From assembly GCA_964473185.1 (NCBI GenBank), contig CAYYOF010000002.1:28635-92634 (forward strand): a stretch of 64,000 nt of DNA. Direction: 5' to 3'. The stretch is from an uncultured Marinosulfonomonas sp. Lineage in GTDB: Bacteria; Pseudomonadota; Alphaproteobacteria; Rhodobacterales; Rhodobacteraceae. The position numbers were made by a program, and so were the translations under genes. Positions 58,441 through 64,000 of this stretch are shown one piece after another (position 1 is the stretch's first letter; each line of letters starts with the position of its first letter). The notes beneath the pieces were generated by a model. It was not told the DNA's origin. It worked only from the letters and a program-made list of their open reading frames with translations, and made no database searches.

Positions 58441-58659
58441 ATGTGGGACATGCTGGAACAACTGCCGCTATCCTATGCGGTGATCGCTGCGGCCACATTG
58501 GGGCTGGCCCCGTTTGTGCCTGAACCGCATATCTGGGAAAAGATCAAGATGATCAAGGCGGGCACGTTGAAGCGCCCGATTGATGTGTTTGATTTTGTTT
58601 TGCACGCAGCGCCGTTTGTGGTGCTGGTGGCAAAACTGGTGCAGATTGCTATCAGTTAA
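58441..58659 (+). CDS. Small membrane protein, paralog 2
   Basis: LGLAPFVPEPHIWEKIKMI..GTLKRPIDVFDFVLHA. Confidence 0.8.
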   Translation: MWDMLEQLPLSYAVIAAATLGLAPFVPEPHIWEKIKMIKAGTLKRPIDVFDFVLHAAPFVVLVAKLVQIAIS

Positions 58660-58713
58660 GCGCAAGGCAAATATTTTGAAAATATTTGGGTAAAATCCTT
58701 TGAAAGGATTTTG
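58660..58713. repeat. Twin AT-rich palindromes, same architecture as 35996-36040
   Basis: CAAATATTTT-G-AAAATATTTG and AAAATCCTTT-G-AAAGGATTTT, preceded by CGCAAGGC. Confidence 0.7.
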
Positions 58714-58714
58714 T

Positions 58715-60088
58715 CTACTTTGCCAATGCTGCCAATATCCGTGCCCAACTGCGGGTGCCTTTATGAAAACTCTCCATATCGTATTTTTCATTCGGCGAAT
58801 GGATCGCATCATCATCGCGGCCGAAACCGATCAGCATCGCGTCCATATCCAGGATATCCTTGAAAAACCCTGCAATCGGGATTGACCCGCCGCAACCGAT
58901 ATAAGAAGCGGGGCGGGGCCATTCATCCGTCAACGCCTGACGGGACTTCTCGAACGCCGGATTGTCGGTGGACATTTGCGAGGCGGGCGCGCCACGGCTG
59001 GGGGAAAATTCGGCCGTAAAATCCGAGGGCAGGTGCGCGTTGATATATTTAACAAAGCTCTCGTGGATTTTGTCGGGGTCCTGGGTGCCAACCAGCCGGA
59101 AGCTGACTTTGGCATGCGCTTCGGCGGGCAGTACGGTTTTGAACCCGTCACCGGTATAGCCGCCCCAAATCCCGTTCACCTCGGCGGTGGGGCGTGACCA
59201 GATCATTTCAAGCGGGGTGCGGTCCATTTCGCCCGCAGGCACCGACAGCCCCACGTCGTTCAGATAGGTGGCGTGATCAAAGGCAAGGCTTTGCCACTGG
59301 CTGCGCATCTCGTCAGACAGTTCCGGCACATCGTCATAAAACCCCTCTAGCGTGATGCGCCCTGTTTCGTCATGCAATCCGGCGACGATGTTTGACAACA
59401 CATGGATCGGGTTGCCCGCCAGCCCGCCATACATGCCCGAATGCAGATCACGCGCCGCACCGTGCACGCTGAATTCTTCTGTTATCATGCCGCGCAACTG
59501 GGTGGTGATGGCGGGAACCGCACTTTCAAACAGGCCAGTGTCACAGATCATGGCGATGTCGGCTGTCAACTCGTCCGCATTTTCACGCATGAAGGGCACC
59601 AATGAGGGCGAGCCGGATTCCTCTTCGCCCTCAAAGAAGATCGAGACCTTGATCGGCAATTCGCCATGCACCTGAACCCAGGCGCGGCAGGCCTCGACAA
59701 AGGTCATCAACTGGCCTTTGTCATCGGACGATCCGCGCCCACGAATGATCACACCTTTGTCGGTCTCCTCTAACGCGGGTTCAAACGGCGGGGTGTCCCA
59801 CAGATCAAGCGGATCCACCGGCTGCACATCGTAGTGGCCGTAAAACATGACGTGGGTGCCGGACCCGTCTGCGTGGGCCATAACCATCGGATGGCCCGTG
59901 GTTTTACGCTTGCTGGCGTCAAAGCCGATGGTCTTCAGATCATCAACCAGCCAATCGGCGGCACGGTCGCAATCGGCGGCAAATTCGGGGTCGGTGGAAA
60001 TCGACGGGATGCGCAACAGGTCAAGCAGCCGTTCGGTGGCCTCTGGCAGGTTTTCGTCAATTTTGGCAAGGACAGCGTCTAGGGTCAT
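58715..60088 (-). CDS. M20 family dipeptidase
   Basis: FYGHYDVQP, RGSSDDKGQ, EGEEESGS, DLHSGMYGG, IHSPNEK. Confidence 0.92.
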   Translation of the reverse strand: MTLDAVLAKIDENLPEATERLLDLLRIPSISTDPEFAADCDRAADWLVDDLKTIGFDASKRKTTGHPMVMAHADGSGTHVMFYGHYDVQPVDPLDLWDTPPFEPALEETDKGVIIRGRGSSDDKGQLMTFVEACRAWVQVHGELPIKVSIFFEGEEESGSPSLVPFMRENADELTADIAMICDTGLFESAVPAITTQLRGMITEEFSVHGAARDLHSGMYGGLAGNPIHVLSNIVAGLHDETGRITLEGFYDDVPELSDEMRSQWQSLAFDHATYLNDVGLSVPAGEMDRTPLEMIWSRPTAEVNGIWGGYTGDGFKTVLPAEAHAKVSFRLVGTQDPDKIHESFVKYINAHLPSDFTAEFSPSRGAPASQMSTDNPAFEKSRQALTDEWPRPASYIGCGGSIPIAGFFKDILDMDAMLIGFGRDDDAIHSPNEKYDMESFHKGTRSWARILAALAK

Positions 60089-60205
60089 TGGGGTGCTCCG
60101 GAAATGTGCAGTTTGTTCGAGCCTAGCAGCCAGAGGCCGCTTGTCCATAGGCTCTGGTTACTTGGCAGGTGGCGAGGTAGGGTTTTGCAACCGAAGGGGA
60201 GTTTT

Positions 60206-60799
60206 ATGAAAAAAATATTTATAGCGGCGGCAATGATTGCAATCACTGTGACGGGGGCAATGGCGCAGGACGCGGTGCTGGATGGCAAGGCGGCAAAGAA
60301 GATGATGTTTTCACACAGGGGCACGGAGTTTATTGTCGTGCCGCAGGATTTTATGACTGAAACCGATGTGGCGACGCTTAATCTGATGGCGGGAATGCCG
60401 GAATTCAAATCGGTGCTGTATTACGGTGCGATTGCGGCGGCACCCGAACATGGGTTGGCGCATAAGGCAACGGTGGCCTCGGCCAATCACCACACGACAG
60501 AGGCGGCTGCGGCCGCGGCGATCAAGGAATGTAACGGGGTGCGCAGCGGCGGGCCGAAATGCGTTGTTGTGGCGCATATCACCCCGAAGAAATACGTTGA
60601 GCGGGCATTGCAACTGTCCACCAGCGCGACGGTGGCCTTCAAGAAAACCTATTTGCGCGGTGGCGGGTCCAAAGCATTGGCAATATCGCCCAGCACGGGG
60701 GGCTATGCAGTTGCCAAAGGCGACGGCGCTGCGGTGGCGGCACTGGCGGCGTGTACCAAAGACGGCGCGTCCGATTGCCGGATTGTTGTTCAGGATTGA
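60206..60799 (+). CDS. Secreted protein with two DUF4189-like Cys-pair domains
   Basis: Signal peptide ..GAMA-QD; YYGAIAA..AAAIKEC..KCVVV and KALAIS..ALAAC..DCRIVV. Confidence 0.6.
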   Translation: MKKIFIAAAMIAITVTGAMAQDAVLDGKAAKKMMFSHRGTEFIVVPQDFMTETDVATLNLMAGMPEFKSVLYYGAIAAAPEHGLAHKATVASANHHTTEAAAAAAIKECNGVRSGGPKCVVVAHITPKKYVERALQLSTSATVAFKKTYLRGGGSKALAISPSTGGYAVAKGDGAAVAALAACTKDGASDCRIVVQD

Positions 60800-60936
60800 G
60801 CGGGCTGGATTGAGTTGACGGGTCATCTGCCCAACAGCGGCATTTTGTAACCTGTTATCAGGGGATTTAGGTGGATAATGTGCGTTAACGTGACGTTTGG
60901 CGGTGATTCTACCCGTCAAAACCAAGGAGCCGCATT

Positions 60937-62160
60937 TTGGATTATTCTGCCAAACTCGATGAAAGCCTGCAACGTCTGCATGATGAGGGGCGCTACCGTA
61001 CCTTTATCGACATCGAGCGGCGCAAGGGCGCGTTTCCACATGCGATCTGGCGTCGTCCCGACGGGACGGAGCAGCCGATTACGGTTTGGTGTGGCAATGA
61101 TTATCTGGGCATGGGCCAGCACCCGCATGTGCTTGAAGCGATGCACGAGGCATTGAATGCCACTGGTGCAGGGTCTGGCGGCACGCGCAATATTTCGGGC
61201 ACCACGGTGTACCACAAACAGCTAGAGGCCGAATTGGCCGATCTGCACCAAAAAGAGGCGGCGCTGGTTTTCACCTCGGCCTATATCGCCAATGACGCTA
61301 CGCTTTCGACACTGCCACGGCTGTTCCCCGGTTTGGTGATCCTGTCGGATGAATTGAACCATGCGTCTATGATCCAGGGCATCCGCAACGGGCGCGGTGA
61401 CAAGAAAATCTGGCGTCACAACGATGTGGCGCATCTGCGTGAATTGCTGGAAGAGCTGGACCCGGATCAGCCGCGCGTCATTGCCTTTGAATCGATCTAT
61501 TCGATGGACGGCGATTTTGGCCCGATTGAAGAAGTGCTTGATCTGGCAGATGAATTCAACGCGCTGACCTACATTGACGAAGTCCACGCAGTGGGCATGT
61601 ATGGCCCACACGGGGCTGGCGTGGCTGAACGCGACGGGCTGATGGACCGGATCGACATTATCAACGGCACCTTGGGCAAAGCATACGGCGTGATGGGCGG
61701 CTATATCGCCACCAGCGCTAAAATGGCCGATGCGATCCGGTCCTATGCGCCCGGCTTTATTTTCACCACCAGCCTGCCGCCTGCGGTTGCGGCGGGGGCG
61801 GCGGCGTCGGTCAAACATCTAAAGACCGATCCGCATTTGCGTGCCTTGCAGCAAACACAGGCACGTATTCTAAAGGACCGACTCAAGGCGCTGGGTCTGC
61901 CGATCATTGATCATGGCACCCACATTGTTCCGGTGCATGTTGGCGATCCGGTGAAATGCAAGATGCTGTCGGACCGCCTGCTGGAGGATCACGGAATTTA
62001 CGCCCAGCCGATCAATTTCCCGACCGTGCCACGCGGCACTGAACGGCTGCGGTTTACCCCGTCGCCAGTGCATGGCCCCGAGGAAATTGACAAGTTGGTA
62101 AAGGCGCTGGACGAGCTGTGGTCGCAATGTGCGCTGAATCGTGCCGAGTTGACTGGTTAG
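60937..62160 (+). CDS. hemA: 5-aminolevulinate synthase
   Basis: [49 protein letters not shown]. Confidence 0.96.
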   Translation: MDYSAKLDESLQRLHDEGRYRTFIDIERRKGAFPHAIWRRPDGTEQPITVWCGNDYLGMGQHPHVLEAMHEALNATGAGSGGTRNISGTTVYHKQLEAELADLHQKEAALVFTSAYIANDATLSTLPRLFPGLVILSDELNHASMIQGIRNGRGDKKIWRHNDVAHLRELLEELDPDQPRVIAFESIYSMDGDFGPIEEVLDLADEFNALTYIDEVHAVGMYGPHGAGVAERDGLMDRIDIINGTLGKAYGVMGGYIATSAKMADAIRSYAPGFIFTTSLPPAVAAGAAASVKHLKTDPHLRALQQTQARILKDRLKALGLPIIDHGTHIVPVHVGDPVKCKMLSDRLLEDHGIYAQPINFPTVPRGTERLRFTPSPVHGPEEIDKLVKALDELWSQCALNRAELTG

Positions 62161-62273
62161 TCTTTGTAAACGTGCATAATTGGTTGTTCTGTGCTAGGTT
62201 ATCCGTAATAGATCGGCGCATATCGAATCGCCGACTATTTTGGGGATAATTGTGTGACGACGGAGCAGGGTAC

Positions 62274-63491
62274 ATGATCAGGCGGATTTTCTCGTCTAAA
62301 GAGGCTGAAGGCGACGCGCCCAGTGGTTTCGACGCTTATGATCTGCGCCTTGGTGACATCATGCGCGGCGAGCGTGCGACGCTCGGTAAATCCCTGTTGG
62401 ATGTTCAACGTGAATTGAAAATCAAGGCGACCTATATCGCCGCGATTGAAAATGCCGACCCGACCGCCTTTGATTCCCCCAGTTTTATTGCCGGATATGT
62501 GCGCTCTTACGCACGCTATCTGGGGCTAGAGCCGGAATGGGCGTATCAGGAATTCTGTAAGGAAAGCGACTACGAAACGGCGCATGGTATGTCGGCCGAA
62601 GCATCAAGCACGGCAGCGATAAAACCCGCGCGTCAAAAGCGCGAAAACCGTGATCCGCTTTCAGACCCGAACGCTGCGTTCGTTCCACAGAAAGAACCGA
62701 TGTTTGCCAATATCGAGGCCGGTGCAATTGGCTCGATTATGGTTTTGGCCGCGTTGATTGGCGGCATTGGCTATGGTGGCTGGGCGGTGTTGCAAGAGGT
62801 GCAGCGGGTGCAGTTCGCGCCGGTTGAACAATCGCCTGGTGTGACCGATAGGGTTGACCCGTTGGCCGCAAGCGAAGATGTGATTGCTGCGGTTGACCAA
62901 TCCACAGGGTTTGTCGCCCCGACGCCCGATGCGCTGGACCGTTTGTACCGCCCACAGGCGCTGGATGTGCCGGTGATGGTGGCGCGTGACGGACCGATTT
63001 CGGCGCTGAACCCGCAGAATTTTGGCACGCTTGCGCCTGACGATAACCTGAGCGGCGATGACCTGCGCCGTGTGATGGCCGGTCTGGATGCGCCTGATCT
63101 GTCGCCTGACCCGACATTGATCAAGGTGGTCGAGGGCGGTGTGCCCGAAGTTTCGATATTTGCTGTGCGCCCTGCATGGGTGCGGATCAAATCGGCCGAT
63201 GGCACTGTGATCTTTGAAAAAGTCATGGATGCGGGCGAAAAATTCGTGCTGCCCAAAACCGAAGAGCCACCAACGCTGCGCACGGGTTATGCGGGCACAG
63301 TATATTTCGCGGTGAACGGGCAGACCTACGGGCCTGCCGGTGAGGGGGCTTCTGTCGTCAGCCAAATCGCCTTGGGCGAAGACGAGATCAAGGCAAGCTA
63401 TGCCTTGGCCGATCTGACCGCCAGCGAAGAGTTGGCCAGCGTCGTTGCGGCCCTGTCGGTTGCCCCTGTGGCCCAAGCGCCCGCAGAATAA
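62274..63491 (+). CDS. rodZ: RodZ-like protein (HTH + TM + DUF4115)
   Basis: MRGERATLGKSLLDVQRELKIKATYIAAIEN..GYVRSYARYLGL; single TM; PAWVRIKSADG; upstream of ispG. Confidence 0.8.
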   Translation: MIRRIFSSKEAEGDAPSGFDAYDLRLGDIMRGERATLGKSLLDVQRELKIKATYIAAIENADPTAFDSPSFIAGYVRSYARYLGLEPEWAYQEFCKESDYETAHGMSAEASSTAAIKPARQKRENRDPLSDPNAAFVPQKEPMFANIEAGAIGSIMVLAALIGGIGYGGWAVLQEVQRVQFAPVEQSPGVTDRVDPLAASEDVIAAVDQSTGFVAPTPDALDRLYRPQALDVPVMVARDGPISALNPQNFGTLAPDDNLSGDDLRRVMAGLDAPDLSPDPTLIKVVEGGVPEVSIFAVRPAWVRIKSADGTVIFEKVMDAGEKFVLPKTEEPPTLRTGYAGTVYFAVNGQTYGPAGEGASVVSQIALGEDEIKASYALADLTASEELASVVAALSVAPVAQAPAE

Positions 63492-63584
63492 TCCGGCATA
63501 AACCCGCACCAGACATTGCCTGTCACGGCCTGCGCTATTATCTATTCCTAGACATATGTTGAAACTGCCCAAAAAGGCTGATCG

Positions 63585-64000
63585 ATGACGCATAACCCAA
63601 TCCGTCCGTGGCGCGATATTTACCGCCGTAAATCGCGCAAAATCCATGTCGGCAACGTGCCCGTCGGGGGTGATGCGCCGATAGCGGTGCAGACGATGAC
63701 CAACACATTAACGTCGGATGCGTCTGCTACCATCAAACAGGTCTTGGCCTGTGCCGAAGCAGGGGCCGATATTGTGCGGATATCGGTGCCGGATGTGGCC
63801 TCGTCCGCCGCCCTAAAAGAGATCGTGTCCGAGAGCCCTGTGCCGATCATTGCCGACATCCATTTCCACTATAAACGCGCGATCGAGGCGGCCGAAGCGG
63901 GTGCGGCCTGTTTGCGGATCAATCCGGGCAATATCGGCAAACCCGAGCGGGTGCATGATGTGATTCAGGCGGCCAAAGATCACGGCTGTTCGATCCGTAT
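63585..64000 (+). CDS. ispG: 4-hydroxy-3-methylbut-2-enyl diphosphate synthase, 5' part (runs off the window)
   Basis: Translated by hand: [58 protein letters not shown]. Confidence 0.95.
   Translation, partial: MTHNPIRPWRDIYRRKSRKIHVGNVPVGGDAPIAVQTMTNTLTSDASATIKQVLACAEAGADIVRISVPDVASSAALKEIVSESPVPIIADIHFHYKRAIEAAEAGAACLRINPGNIGKPERVHDVIQAAKDHGCSIR

Overview
Mostly core chromosome of a Rhodobacteraceae (Roseobacter-type) alphaproteobacterium; the taxon is inferred from gene order and families. Conserved blocks: tatABC-DUF815, surE-pcm-nlpD, dnaB-alr-mlaEF-pqiA-radA-cvpA-purF, pyrC-pyrE, infC-fpr-P450, dctBD-dctPQM, sufT-iscA-tpiA, tgt, lon-HU-tRNA-Val-tRNA-Asp, hemA-rodZ-ispG. I saw no prophage, IS transposase, CRISPR array or rRNA. 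The interesting signal lies in small insertions and intergenic DNA. (1) A WYL/YafY regulator sits behind a secreted ABM-like barrel protein, with a 24-bp operator-like palindrome in front. (2) Four genes carry autoproteolytic-type domains: three Hint genes (one with Ser at the nucleophile position, two broken by internal deletions, those two preceded by CtrA-like boxes) and a small exported protein fused to a phage S74 chaperone domain. (3) A decayed leucine-rich-repeat gene lies antisense between dnaB and alr. (4) There is a Qnr-like pentapeptide gene next to a DUF1801 gene. (5) A duplicated membrane-anchored gene pair has one copy with three near-identical 87-bp Ala-rich repeats. (6) ATA start codons are apparent at infC and probably at an RTX gene. 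(7) Two dispersed palindromic repeat families and a perfect 42-bp palindrome occur between genes. Family assignments come from motif recognition by eye, not database searches, and the motif scans were not exhaustive.
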